The notes beneath the pieces were generated by a model that saw only the letters and a list, made by a program, of their open reading frames with translations, made no database searches and was not told the DNA's origin. A stretch of 64,000 nucleotides of DNA, taken from the NCBI GenBank assembly GCA_012295275.1, contig CM022665.1:7998001-8062000 (forward strand). The letters run 5' to 3'. The translations under genes were made by a program, and so were the position numbers. The DNA is from Chrysomallon squamiferum (Eukaryota; Animalia; Mollusca). This document shows, piece after piece, positions 12,501 to 28,089 of the stretch (the stretch's first letter is position 1; the number at the start of each line of letters is the position of its first letter).

Positions 12501-15500
12501 ACACATTTTTAAAATGATCTTAACACAGTAACTTTGGTATTGATCTTTACCTGTGTATAAAAACCTACTAAAATGTGAAATGAAAAAAAAAAAATATATA
12601 TATATATATATATAATGTGTTAGGAATATAGTCTGAAGCAGATAATGAAAATTATCTCTAAATGTCTCAAACTGCTAATAGAGAACATTTACTGCTGAAT
12701 TTCGGCCACTATAGCTTTATTATTGTAATTAGTTGTAAATAACAAAACAAAGGCATGATGTAAACATCAATACTGAAAAATACCTATAACAATATTGAAG
12801 TAGGATTGCAGACATACATATATTTCTTTAAAAAATATATAAAAACTATAATAATAATAATAATAATTTACTTTCCTGTAATGCTCACCTTTTGTTTAAG
12901 CTGTGATTTCTGGAAGGTTTCTAAATTTTTATATCCTCGACCTTGTTTGATTTCTGCAAGAGCAATGAGCAAATCTTCATCAGAACTGTCCACAGCTCTG
13001 GAATGGTTACATTTTCTCTTAAACACCGGACTCAGATGCTGAGTTTTGTTTCTAAGGACTTCTTCACGTAGTCGCCTTGTAGGTGAGTTATTACGGTGTA
13101 TGGGTGATGCTGGTAATGAAGCACTCTGCAATATTTCAATTCCACTGCCATTGGTGAAAGATGAATCACATAAAGAGTTTGATACAACATCCATCCCTCT
13201 GTCCACAGAGCCATGAGCTACAGGCAAAATGTCACTGAGATCTAACAAGTTTGCTGACTCATCCTCTGCAAGAACTGAATCACAGCTGTTTCTTTTGGAA
13301 TAATTTTTCACACTATTAGCAGTTTTGGTGGTGTCAGTTGGGTTTTCTCCCACTGACCCTTGTTGAGCAAGATATAAACGCCTCTGTAAATCTACATTTG
13401 TGGGAGCAGTTGGACTGCAATCACCCACAAGGTTATTTTCAAATGGCATTTCAGTATTTTCTGGTGCCTCATCATCAATATATTTTAAAGCCTGACCTGC
13501 AGGGTCTGCCCACCGACAATTGTTCTGAGACACTCTGGAAGATGCCATCTGATCTGGTTCAACTGAATTTGAAACATATCTGGGCACTTGGGCAGTTGCA
13601 TCCGACTTGGAAATGACAACAGTTGCACCACTAGTTGTAGTAGAGGTTTGTTGCATATTGGAAGATCTAACAGAACTAAGCTGCATACTTTTAACTTTAG
13701 GGCGAGCACCTTGGGTAGCATAGATATCATTAGAAACACTGCTGTCGGAACCCGTCTCTTTCTGAAGAACAGAGTTGTGGTTTAGTCCGTTCCGAACAGG
13801 TGAAAGTGATCTACACCTGAAGCTGCCTGACTGTGCTAAGCGATTTGGCAAGAAAGAAGCTGTCTGATTGTCTGATGTCAGACTAACATGGCCATTCATT
13901 GTACCATTGACTGCACCACTGAAGGAATGGCCTACATCTTCTACGTGGTTTGGTGACCTGCGATTGGCAGGTCTGCCTGTAGGTTGCACATCTACTGATA
14001 TCTGATTGGCCATGGTGGTTTCTGGAGCAACAGGAATGTTTCTTTCAGAGAGAATGTCTGCAAGTAGTTCACTTTCTACATTATCACCACACACTAAAAA
14101 CAGACACAAAACTGATAAATAAATAAACAGATATAAATGGCAATTCTTAAGTTGATAATAATAATAATAATAATAATAATAATGCTTCAAAGTATTTGAC
14201 AACTTAAAACTGATAAATAAATAAACACATATATCAGTAATTCTTTATTATTATAGAATTTTTTTTTTCATTAACTTTACAGTTGCAAATACCTGATTTT
14301 GTAAATACTGAATGTAATATTGTTGTACATGGGTGATTACTTCAGTAAGATAAGACATCATTCACTGTTATTAAGATGAGAACATTATGTTTAACAGTGT
14401 TATTACCCCATTGTTATATAAAGCTAAAGAGTTATCTGTATACAACAGGACATTACAGTACTGTTATAAAGAACTATACATTACTGTATTTTTAACAGCA
14501 CATTACAGAACTATATTGTTCTAAAGAGCTAAACATTACTATAAGCTTCTTTTTTTAGATTGGAAAGCAGAAACTGAAAATACAAGTTATTAGTTAGCTA
14601 CCATGAAGGACAGTAATAAGCTGCCAGCGAAAAAGTAAAGTAACTTTTCTCCAATAACCTGATGTGAAAATATGGACCAGTATGTACCAGACTGTGAATA
14701 CTATTTCGTTCTAAATAATGCTATTCTGATTAAACTAATGAATAAAGAGACAAGTAATGAGCAAAAAACAAGAACATTTATTGAATTTGTCAGGCAGAGT
14801 GAAAGCTGATATTAGAGAATGTTTCTCCAAACTAAAACAAAATTAAGTAATGGAGATATTCGATCACCTTAATGTGACAGTCGTTTTTGACCACTTATTA
14901 TTATTTCCAATGGTTTCAGTCATTTATTACTAAAATATATTTTCTTGAACATCTAATCGAATTTCTGGTTGCATCTGGCATCTCAGCTTTAATATATTAC
15001 TTCTGAGAGATGACAGTATTCTTTTACCTTATTTTAAGAGTTTATAATCTTCATGACACCTATGTATGTGCTGTCAATGTCATGATATTAAATTTTACAA
15101 TCTTGTTTTTCAATCTTGTTTGCATTGCCATGTTATAAGTATATTAGTTCTTTATTTTGTATATTTGTTTAAAAAAAAAAAAAAAAAAACTGTTGAACAT
15201 TAATCTATTTCAGTCTTTTAAACTGCAATAAACAAACAAACAAACAAACAAACAAATAAATAAATGATCGCCACGGTGGAGACCATCTACTCACATGAAT
15301 CATCTTCATCTTCACTAAATCCTGCAGGTGTGAAATTAGGATCACGAGACAGCTGCTGAGAGCTGCCACTGATCTCACTGAGGGTGATGGTCATCTGGCG
15401 AGGCTGTAGATGAAGGAGACTGGTCTTGTACACCACATGTCCAAGCAGTTCAGACAGGAAAGAGGCACACCCAACAATCTGGAACTTGGTCCCCCAAATA

Positions 15501-15766
15501 TTTGATGTTACTTCCACAAGTTTGCTGCTCTGAAATAAAAAGAAAAAAAATTATTGTTTAAAACTTGTGTGTGTGTGTGTGTGTATTTCACATCTTTTGT
15601 GGCACTTGCACATTATATCTATGTAATGTCTTGATAAAAGTTGCCTGTTAAATATATGCATATACACAATTGAAATTTTAAAAAATTGTTGTATAATGAT
15701 ATCTGATATAATATCTGCAGTTATATACCATCTTTCTGTCATGTGTTATTGGTTAGCAGCAAATGA

Positions 15767-15804
<38 letters not shown>

Positions 15805-18800
15805 ACATTCACACACACACAACACACACACACACACACACACACAACACACACATACACACACACACACACCAGTCAGGTCTTCATTACTGATATATCA
15901 CAGCTTTCTAGTCAATAAAAGTGTGTAGATGCTAAATATTGTATAAATAAATAGGCATTTCATTATTTATCCTTTTATATATTAACAGTGCTTTGTATCT
16001 GTTGTATCAGAGAGCTTTCTGGTCTATAAAAAAGTGAATGTGTGTGTGTGTGTGTGTGTAAATGAATAAATAATAAAATACCTATTTATTTATAGCATAT
16101 TTAACTTTTAAGGGCATAATATATGATTGATTTAGCAATAAGACCAAAAAGTAAGAAAATCCATCAGTCTGTGTAATGTTTTTCATGAGGAAAAAGCATT
16201 AAACTGAGAGATTTAGCTTTTATGAATGATCAACTGTGTTATAGAACTGTGTGGATTGAACAGTGAGGTGATAAAATGACTGGCATGTTCAACATGATAC
16301 TAATGGCACGGAAATGGGATGGTCAGAACAATGGATAAACATTAAATATTCATTCAAACAGTGATACTTAGTTCATAGATTCATATATATCCATGCCAGT
16401 ACGTACAGGTGACCAAAGATACTGTTTCAGATTTCTTCTACAGATGTACTACATTGATCAACTATTTCAGTAACCTTTAGATCATCAGAAGTAATAACAA
16501 AGATTTCATGATAGATTTGTACAAACAATTTCTTGATCAGACATATATTCATGGAACCTGACTTTTTTACAGAGATATTTCACTGGTTACACTGTTACAG
16601 TACAGGTAGTAATTGACAAATACAATTATTATGAATGTTCATCTTACAATATTATATTCAAAAACACTGACATTGAAAAGCACGGTAAAAATTTATATTC
16701 AGCATAAGTAAATATAAATATGGTAAATTTTAATAGGATATATTTACTAAAATAAGATAAACTGTATATAATTTGGTATTTGTTATTTCTGAACTTTATA
16801 AATACATTTTTTTATTTGATAATTCTAATAAAAAAGTGAATCATATCAATGGTATGCAAACATGACATAAACAGTTATCAGTTTTACAAAACAGTAAATA
16901 AATGAATGATATATATATGAAATATTGACGTTTAATGTTTATCAAACATTTGTAATATGCTTAGTTATAAATCCTGTAGCATGACAAAATGACTATCTAT
17001 ATTTTACTGAACAAAATATTAGTATATTTTTGCATACATGAATCACAAAGTGTTTCCTGGTAAATATTCTAACTAACCAGAGTGACAAGGAAAAGAAACA
17101 GCTTCAAGCAAGCAGGAAGAAAATTACTGAAAATTGCTCACTGGAGACAGTACCATATGATGTTTGAGTGATGTGCCTGTCTGATATATTTTCAGTGATT
17201 TTATTTCTGTTGGTTTGATAGGCTCTTTGTAACAGCCTGTAATTTAAAAATCTAAGGTATTTTTTAAGAGATATGGAAAAAAAAGAAAGAAAGAAAGAAA
17301 GAAAGAGAAGGTTCCACTTCTATTCTTCTTCACATTAAAGTCTGTATACTATTAAAACAATCACAACTCTACCAAAGTTCCAATATAAAAAGAAAAAGAA
17401 CAACAGCAATGAAACCAATTTACAATGAAACATTCAAAAGTAAATTATTCATTTTCAAGATAAACAAAGTTATATGCAATTTAATGTTTTTTGTTACTGT
17501 GATATACTTCTAATGTACCTATTTTCAAACATACACACAATACAGTCTTTCAAACAAAAACAATATTTAGAAAATTAAAACAACAGAACTCTCAAAAAAA
17601 TTAAAATTCTGATCCATATTATTAGTTCCAATATTATTATTTTTCTAGAAACACCACGTGGTATTCCAGCTTACATTTGTGAACTTATTCTTATAAAGAA
17701 TCATACTGATTAGACAGTTTTATAGCTAAAATAGTTTTTGAATTTTAAAAACAGTTTAAAAAAAAAAAAAAAAGAAAGAAAGAAAAAGAAATATAACAAA
17801 AGAAAACAAAGAACTGCATGAAGATCAGTGTCTTGTTACAGCTCAATCAATAATGACAAAATATGTACATCGTGTGACAAAAGCAAATGAACTTCATTTT
17901 ATGCATAAAGTTAATGAGCAAGCATTCAAAAGATTTATTCTAGATAAAGACTGTAATTAGCATGTCAAATATTCCCAGTAGCATCTCATTAATTAAAAAT
18001 CTGTCATTATGGCATGCTAGCCTGAGTCTTCTTACTTTTATGACTGTTGTAAAAACGCATTTTTCAAAGAGAAAAACCAATTTTCTCAGCATTTTGAAAA
18101 TACAAGATATCATAGCAATGTGTTTCATCCATTGATGAATTGAAAGTTGTGTGAAAAGGTTACAAAGATATATTACCACCTTGATAAAATGACTTGATAT
18201 TAGATGAGGCAGACTGGAATGTGATAGAGGACACTGTGTGAAATCAAAGACAGGAGATATCTTTTTATAAAAATAATATAGTAAAATATATTATTAATCA
18301 GGATTTTTACTGATATATGGGGGAAATTTTTCTATGCTTGAAGATCTTTTAATTAACAAAAATTAATTATGTCATCCTCATATACATTACTCTTGAATTA
18401 GCTTGTGGAAATATGGAAAGGATGAATATTTTAAATTTTATTGAAAACTGTTTTGAATTTAAAATTAACTAAGCAAATAAAGAAGACCAGTGAACATATT
18501 CTTTTGTTAATAGGTCAAAATGCCACATGCAGTTCAGTTTGATACAATCGCAAAAAGAGATAAATCAAAATAAAATCTAATTTTAAATAATGCTATAAAT
18601 AAAATTCAGACTTCAAACTAAAGAAACAATATTTTAAATATTTAATTTAAAATTTTACATTACAAAGATAATTACTGTTCATTTTGCTGTAATACATCTT
18701 TAAATCATATTTTAAAACATTTATACTTAAATAAGACAAAACATTAACTGCAAACTGGATAAACCAGACATGCGTAACAAATTGTATTTATCTACAGAGT

Positions 18801-21800
18801 AATTCCAGTGTTTCTCTGATGTAATTGTTTGGCTGTGGATTACAAACACAATTACACAAAATGAAAAACCATCCTGACATGATGTAATAAATAGGAATGT
18901 GGCCTGCAAATATTCCCCCTCCATGCAGCTTTTTCCCAAGTGAATATTTCCTCTGATCAATCAATAAGAAGCAATAACTATAAATGTGTTACTCCCTAGG
19001 ACTAGCAATCAACGCTAGCAGTGCAATCATTCGAATGAAATACTTTATTGTAATATTGAACTTTGATCATCCAGCCAAAGCTTCCATGCACATACCATCG
19101 ACTTGTGGCAATGATAAGCTGCCATGCTAGAAAGCTACAATAAAACTAGGTGATGAAATGATCAGAAAGGATTCACACGCAGTGTAATAAGTACAGCACA
19201 GTTTATATTCACATCAGACATTTTTAGCTTTATCACATTAAGGCAACCTAAACCTGATATAAGAAATAATAAATTAGAAGTATTTTTGCTTTACTGGTAG
19301 ATAGGGCAGACTTTGTGGGCTCTAGTTTGGGAATTGATACTTTGCTAATATTTGTTCTAAATATTTTTAATATTATTTCTGGAAACTGTTCATTTAAAAA
19401 AAAAAAACTGAAAAAAAAAAAAAAAAAATGTTATTATTTTTATTTAAATTACAAAAATTACTTCACTAAAGTTCATAAATATTGTATTCCAATATTAAAC
19501 ATTTTCAAGAACAGAACATCTATTTATCTAATTATAATTTATTTGTGTAGTCTTATGTTTACAACAAATTTAAAAGAAAAAAAGAAATACTGAATAAAAA
19601 CAAAAACAACATTAAAACTAAAAATAATAAAAGTAATTTAAAATTACTTTACATTTTTCTAAAGCCAATCATCAATAGATTATGAGCTTTTATTCAAAAA
19701 TGTTTGTAGTTGAAAAACTCAGAATGTTATAGTTACAAAAGATCAATATGTGGAGTTGATGGCAAACCAACTATAAACTCATCACAAATGTGAATTAAAA
19801 ATTGAAACTGTCTTTAATTTTTTATTTTTCCATTCAAGAAGTGACTTGCATGCAGTCAGACATTTTGCCACACAATATCATCAGAAATTTGTTGTTATTT
19901 TTACAAGTAGCCATCTGCCTCTGGAATCTTATATGATACTGCCATATAATTTTAAAATAACACAAAGTGCTTTGAGGCCTGACATTTGAAACACTGTTAT
20001 AGGTCAAATCTTCCACCTTCTCTTTTCTAAAAATAATTTTATGAATATTAGTGACACAGCATTTTTCTGAATGGCCACTGAAAACCCAATCTGGAAAACA
20101 AAAAGATAGGTTTGAAAACAATTTCCATTGACTTTAACAGAGGTGATATACTTAATTAATCCATCAAACTCTCAGTTTTATTGCTTCTCAATATCCAAGA
20201 AAACATGCTACATTGGTTTCTTTTTCAGTTTAAAAATGAATTAGATCTCTTCTTAATGGATTTTAATTTTGTTCAAATGGTTTGAGCTTCAAGAACAAGC
20301 AAATGTGCACTGATGAAAGTTCTATACAGCAGGTAAAATGACAATCCCTGAACTTCATTTGGAATAATGTGATCAAATTTCTCAATGACTGATCATAATG
20401 GTAAATCTCAAGGGAACCACCTGATGAAATGAATTTTCAGACAAGAGTGCACAAGAGAAAAATTATCTCAGTGTTGACAGTATTCTATTTATAATACATC
20501 AACCATCCTTGTTAAAATTAATAACATGTCTCTGTAACAACAGCTTAGCTGTCAGTGACTGTACTGAATCCTAGCAAATAAAAAGTAATGAAAAGTTTTA
20601 ACAGAGGAAATAAAAATGTTTGTATTAAACAAATAATCTCATCTTAAAGTTCTACTAGTTTAACTTCAGAGGATACAGACTTTGTAAACCTTTCATCCTT
20701 ATTTCATCTGCGAATAGTTTTCCCATTACTTGTTCAGTGTAGTAATGTTTAACAAATTATAAATCTGGAAGAAAAATAATACTTTCAGATCTGGCTTGCT
20801 GAAAACAATTTAGGGATATTTAAAATATATCTGCTTGATATTTCTGGGAGAAAAAATATATAAAAAAAGATTTTCTAAAATCAGTATGTAGTTGTCTTTT
20901 TTTTTTGTTTTTGTCTTTTTTACATTAAATTAAAAAATTCAAAATTAGAGGCAAATTATTTTAAAATTTGTTTTGTTTCAAAACCAGAATATAAAATCAA
21001 ATGATCGTTTCATGATTTGTTATGGCTGGGCAAGGTCAAATATCAAATATTTCTTGCATTAGATGAATAATTTTGAAAATATACTCCAAAAGTTATGGAC
21101 AGTGTTAAACTCAGACTGTACAATGATTAGGCATTTCTTCCAACTAACTTACAGTATTAAAGTTTCAGCCATTTTAGATGTTTATGCAACAGGCTATAGT
21201 AAAGTGAATGTCAAAATTATTGACAAATGATATTCATCTTGGCCAAAATGTGGAGTTTTGTCTATTATGTACTTCTTCTGCCTTGATGGAATAGTGATAA
21301 ACAAAAGTTAATGGGAATAGAACAAAGATAACAGAAGATGGCTATCAAATCTAAGACCAGACATTCTGTCTAAAAGCTGCTACTTTTATGAGAACGTCAG
21401 ATATTAGGCAGCTCAACATTAATTTCCTATTCAGATGCAATATTGGTTTTTTCATTAAACAAACACATACTGAGGACATATAAACAAAATGTGTCTTAGA
21501 ATAAGTAGAAAATTACTTTTTGTATTTTTTGAAAAGTATTAAAATTATTAATAATTATTCCTGAATTAAAAGTTGAAATAAGAAAGGTTTGATCAATAAA
21601 TGGAATAATAAAAATAAATAATAATAAATAAATAAATAACTATGATGATGAAGATAAACTGTGAAAAATGATCAATACTAACTGCTGCATCAATCACACT
21701 TTTAATTTGTTAAGTGTTATCTCCCAGACTATTAATCGTTTCAATAAGCTTTGCTCTAACTCAATTTTTCTGCACTGCTTGAGAAGACGACCACCGAAAT

Positions 21801-24197
21801 CTGATAGCCAAACATTTGATTTAATTAACAAATGATTTCTCAATTTAATTTATTTTTTCATTCATCAAACAGTTGAGTTTTAGGATTAATTAATCATGGA
21901 TACATGTTTCAAAGGTTTTAATGAAAAATGTAAAACTGTGATTCTAGAACTAGTGTGTTCTCATGTCAAAGTCAACTTAAACTTTGAAAAAAGAAATATA
22001 ACACACAAGCTTTTCAAAATATCCTTTTCTTCTTTATATTTTCAGTTTCATTATTCCTTTTTTTTTTCATTCTTTTTTCTTTTCTTTTCTTCTCCTTCTC
22101 TCTTTAAACCTCTAATTTAAACTGAAAAAGTAAACACCAGTCCTTTGATTAAAGTAACACCGATTCTACAAGAAACTCATTTTTGCAGCTATCCAATTAC
22201 TTAACCAACCAGCTCTCACTTTCTTCAAAGTAATTTGTTTTTATAACCTGTGTCCAGATTCTCTTTTCTTTTGATATAGCAGTGTTATGCAACTCACACA
22301 TACACACACATAACCATACACAAAAAAAGAGGAAGGACAGCAGACAGGAGAGTGAGACAAAGAGATTAATTACACATGTCATTAATATAATAAGAATTAT
22401 TAACTGTTAATACATTTGCTGTATCAAACAGTTAGACGTTTCTTCAGATTAGATATTCCAAACTATTGGTAGCCCTGAATATGTTTTATATCTGATATTC
22501 CAAACTATTGGTAGCCCCGAATATGTTTTATGTCTGATGACTTTACTATCAGTTTTAGTTTTTAAAAGGTAGTCTAGAAAACTAAGTATAGCATTTAAAT
22601 TCTAACCTGCTATAACAAACAGATCACTGAACACATTCACTTAAAGGAATACTCAAATAATCCATTGTCGCTGCCATGTTTGCTTAATCGTATTTAACGA
22701 TATTACTGCTTATCATTTATATTTATATATTTAATTATACACTGATGAAAATGAGCACAACAATTTTTATAAATTAGCTTCCTAATCAAAACAATTTGTT
22801 ACATCTAGTAACGTAATAATATGTGTTTTAAAACTATTAAACTTATTCTCACATGTAATTTATCTATGGCAATTAATTGTTATTAGTGAGGTTCTGGACC
22901 TCTGTTTCTTTTCTGTGTTTTTTTATTGTAGTTTTTCTGTATTAGAATTCTTGCTGGGCTTTATTATGGAGTCTGTATTAAAATGTATGCCTTTATTCTA
23001 TTTTATATATTTGTTTTTTTATATTAAAAAGAGATAACTAGATACTAGAGAACCAGATGCACTGAGGACACCTATTTTGATAAAATATTTAGCATCATTT
23101 ACATTCATGTCATGAATTTCATTTCTCAGATTTTTCTCTTTTTTTTGTTATTTTGTTGTTTTTTTTTTTTTTTTACTTTTTGAAAGTAATTACTTCTAAC
23201 TTCTCTCCTATAAATTTAAAAAATACTTCTTGTAAAAAACTTTAAAAATTAAAATAAGAGAAAAATAAAATGAAATGTAGCTTATTCTTTCAAAGTTCAG
23301 GAACAAATCAGCTGAAAAAAGTCTTGGGAGCAATTTATCTCCAGGCAACATGTCAGACAATGATCACTTCATAGTGAAGAGAGTGGAACATTAAAATGCA
23401 TCACTTATCAAAAGGCTGAAATCATGTTAATGGTCCTGTCTAGGGTTAAAGTACCATTAAAACTGTTGTTGTCAGTGATAAAAAGGTAAAAAATAGGATA
23501 GTAATAGGAAAAATGGGAAGACTATAAACTACTTTACTGGAAAACAAGATCAGACAGCAAATGAAGTTAATGCCCTCAGAACTGTATACCGCTGGTGATT
23601 ATCCGCTGTGAAAAATAGATTTCCTCAGAGACAGATAATTATAAGGGACGATAAATGTTTTTAATTTTGGACTAGATAAATGTTAATATTAAATATTTGA
23701 TCTTTTTATTTTTTGACAATAAAAAAAAAATAAATAAAAAATAAAAAAATAAAATAAATAAAAATTATATTTCTATCCATGGTAATTTACTAACACAATT
23801 ATATTCCTAATAAATAATTAAGCTATCCATTTTTTTACCATTTTGCCATTGTGATTCTGTGAGCTTCAGAATGGTAATGTACACAGGAATTGCGGAATAA
23901 TCTTTCTGTCATGATAATTTACAAAGAAACAGAAGACATTAGCAAGAAAAAACAATTTCGTCTGTGTGTGTAATTAATGCAAATCAGCAGCAAGCATATC
24001 TTTCTATTACAAATGATATTAAAAAGATGTTAATCTTCAACTTTTATTTTATAACCAGCCATATTTTAAGTAAAGATTAAACTACTTCTTGCAAAGTTTC
24101 ACATCAACATTAATAAACATCTGAACTTTATCTTGAAAAACAGATAATACTGGAAAATTATTTCTGGAAAGTTTATAGGACAAACAAAAACAAAAAC

Positions 24198-24229
<32 letters not shown>

Positions 24230-27209
24230 TAAATAAATAAATCATAGTTGTTGTTTTTGATGTGTTTTTTGTCTGTTTTTCTAAATCTGAAAAATCCCAT
24301 CTATGTTATAAGCTTATTCATGCAGGAAGTACCTTAATCCACTCTAAACTGCCCAAATCAATAAATCCTTCAAAAAAGCATTCAATTTATGACAAAAAAG
24401 ATTTCAAAAGATATGAAAAATAAGAAGTTTTTATGTATCTGCCAAACTTTTAACTGTACAAATATAATGTCATTACATACAGAATCCTTTATTTTTAAAA
24501 CTAGTGTGTAAAAATCATAAATTTAATCTTTACTCACATAATTAAGAAAAAAGAAGTTACTTTTGCTTTATATACTATTCAGAAAAACAAAGGGAGTTTT
24601 GCAACTTAAAGTTATTATTACTATTGATAAATGATAATTAAAAAGATTGTGTAAATTTGATGCCATAAGATTGCAATGGAAAACTTGTCTTTAATGGTCA
24701 ACCATTTGACACCAAAGTTAAGATATATCAAGATAATATCTAACTAATTTTCTAACATACTAACTTAATATGAATAAACAAAATAGATTTCTGAATTTGT
24801 GAATTTGTAAATATATCTTACAAATATTGATAGAATCTAAAAAGTTCTTAAGTGCATAGTGCATAAAAAAATACAAAATAAGAAATTGAGCTTATTTAAC
24901 AGAGAAAGTGGAAATATTTATTTACAAAATATCTTTGAATGAAAATCAATAGTTTATAAGAATCACTGAACACAGAACTGCAAAACCATAATTGCAAGTG
25001 ACAAGTGACTTAAATAAACTGATTTACCAGATAACCTTCATGATCTAAGTGAATAACTCAAATACTATTAAAGTTTTTTTTTTAAATCAAAACTTTTCTG
25101 AAAGACTAAAACAGCTGGCTTCCAGAAGATATGTTAGAATCTTTTTATTAATTTAGCAAATTGCAATCACTCATACAGAAAATCTATCAATATTAATTTT
25201 TTGCTAACATCTTACAGAAGATACAAACTAGGTTGTTTTGAATTTGCCATATTTCATTTAAGACAAAACTAAGAGCTAAAATATTCTGTTTCTGTCAGGT
25301 ATTATTGAAGGATATACTTCTTTTTTTTTTAATTACTATTCCATACAAATAGTAATGAATACTTTTATTAAAAAATATATATTTTTCAACATGTTGTACA
25401 TGTCAGTATGTTTTTATAAACTAGATTGTTTTCAGTATTTTATTAAGATATATCTGCTGTGGCCTAAAAATTACACTGAGAATTATGTAGTAGAATTTAT
25501 CAGGGCTGAAATAACAAATTCTATCATTCTTTATAACATTGGTGAAACAAAAAAAAGAAAAAGAAATCCAAAAACAACAACCACCATAAAACAAATGAAT
25601 ATCAATATGTATTTTGCAAAATAAGTATCCTAATTAAACTGGCAAATACTTTTATTTTTTAAAGATTTGTTTTATTTTTTAATCTTTTCTAAGGGCTCTT
25701 TGATCTCAAAGTTCTGAAGTAAAATCAAAGTAATATCTAAAATAAACATTTATTTAAAAGGCTAAATGTTATACTGATCATTTGAGCAATGTATTTCTGT
25801 AGTGGACTAACATTTACATTTCTATATCAAATATTATTATAATGAAAACACATAATCACTGAACTAAACTATAATTTAATTTGAAAACATGAAAGAGAAT
25901 GAAGAATATGGAGGTGAAAAAAGAGAGAAATATTTGAATTTCTTTTTACATAATATGAAGAAGTCAATGTGTATGATTTCCCAATATTATGTAAAATGGC
26001 CAGAAGCTTTTCTGACAATAAATTCAGAAATATATATTTAATTTAAGAAATAATGAAAAAACAATTTAAAAAAAATTAATATATATTTGGCATTTTATAT
26101 AGTTTAAAAAAAAATTGCTGCTCATTAAAACTGATTTAAACACCTGTTATAAAACCAACATTATATGGGTTTTATGTGCTTGCTATAATCTGGATATTAT
26201 TTTACTTTATTTCAGATACATGGCTGCCTTTACATGAGAATGGATAATGATGTATAAAGTGCAGACAAAAGTACAGAAGCTTAAGGTTGTCATCTTATAG
26301 CAGTTCATTAAGTGATCTATATGTGCTACATAAGCTCTGTGGGTTTAATCTACCTTCTGATGTCATTATACAACTGTTCAACACATATAACATTTTGTGA
26401 ATTTTATTCCTAATTCTAATTGGTTGTGTTGCATAGTAATCTGTATATAATATGTAATGTTATAAAATTGTTTACTTGTTTATTTATTATTTTGCAATTT
26501 CTTTCAAGTGGACATAAACAGCTATTCGAATGATTTTATATTGTGTATTATGAAATTTATTTTTATTTCTGATACAAGATATCTATGTATGATATACTCT
26601 GGGAATATGTGGTCAGGCATCAGCTCTATCCTGTGAAGGTTAGAATGGTGTATATGTAGCAAGGTTTGGCCAAACTGCACTTGCCATTCAACTTGAGCTG
26701 ATATTTTAAGACTAACCAGTTAGTTCTTTTATCCTGCAGTGCTAAATAATCCAAAAATTAAATAAAAGTAACGTTTTATTTATGAAATCACTGCTCTCAT
26801 GAATGCTAGAGACATGTGTACAGATTTTGTTTTTGCCTACAAAACCTGTATGTTAAAACAAAACAGTTCTAAAATAAAAATAATTGATTACTTTTAAAAG
26901 AAAAATCTGTTTTCAAAATGGCCTTTTGAGATCTAAACCTGCAATTAAACACTAAAGAAGTAATTCCAAACAACATAAAATATAAATAACAAGTAATTTA
27001 TCAAAGTAAAAAACATAGTTCCTACCCAAAAAACTAAATTTTTGGTCAGTGACTGTAAATAAAAAAGATTATCCAGTCATACCTTGCCATTATTATATTT
27101 GCAGGATGCTATACTATACAGGTATAATTACATATCAATCATTATAAGTTAGATCAAAAGTTCAAGTGACATATGTAAAATATGAATTTCTATGAACACC
27201 CCTATTATA

Positions 27210-27296
<87 letters not shown>

Positions 27297-27734
27297 GTGT
27301 GTGTGTGTGTGTGTGTGTTTTGTTAGTACCTCTGGCAGGTTGTCATTATACAGAAGTTCATCAAGTGTGCGGAATGTAATACTCCTATCCACCTTTTCTG
27401 CACGGAAATGTTTCTGGCGACGTTTTCTCTGCATGCGAGGTGAGCCACATCCTTCCCCAGACACATCAGTATCAGACTCAGTGTTGCTGCTGTCATCATT
27501 GTGATCTTGTTGATCTAAAACACACACAAAGAAACCCAGTTCGTAACAATCACACACCTATATTATGAAAACAGACAGCATAGATGAAAAATGAATGATT
27601 ATATGTAAAAGGAATATTGAGCTGAAAAACAATGTTAAAATTAGTATCTTTGAACAGATTTAAGACAATAAAAAAACAATTAAAAAATCACTAATATTTT
27701 TATTTAAAAAGTCATAACTAATTATTTATTAAAA

Positions 27735-27769
<35 letters not shown>

Positions 27770-28054
27770 TAAAAACAAGTATTAGGAAGTTCTGTCCAAG
27801 TTAAGAATCATTTTCTAAAAAGCTATACCTTACTAACAGTGTTGGATAAAAAAAATTCTGAAGAATTATATATCTTCCACTGATATACTAGCATCCTATT
27901 CATTCTGGTGACATTCTATAACTGTATTTAAATTGTTAATGGGTTTGGGACCTTCATGTATCTAGCCTCAAGACTGATGAGGAACTGCAGATGACTGCTC
28001 ATTAGTTGGATGTCTTTATAAGATTTCAGTTCAGCAAGATCACTGAATACTAAG

Positions 28055-28089
<35 letters not shown>

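Noticed and set aside
14094-14202. N-terminal part of the 444-aa ORF (poly-Tyr)
   Set aside because: This is intronic (TAT)n and pyrimidine tract upstream of the acceptor at 14094-14095.
15696-15893. His/Thr-repeat ORF, and similar RE-, SL-, CV-, poly-F and poly-K ORFs elsewhere
   Set aside because: These are translations of microsatellites and homopolymer runs, not genes.
22452-22538. CRISPR-like repeat
   Set aside because: These are two head-to-tail copies with no spacer, in a eukaryotic intron with no cas genes.
15530-27329. Nested gene or intact transposon in the 11.8-kb intron (and in the 12.7-kb intron at 42394-55117)
   Set aside because: I saw no long ORFs, no recognisable transposase or reverse-transcriptase motifs, and no clear terminal repeats. 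Short nested exons cannot be excluded by eye.
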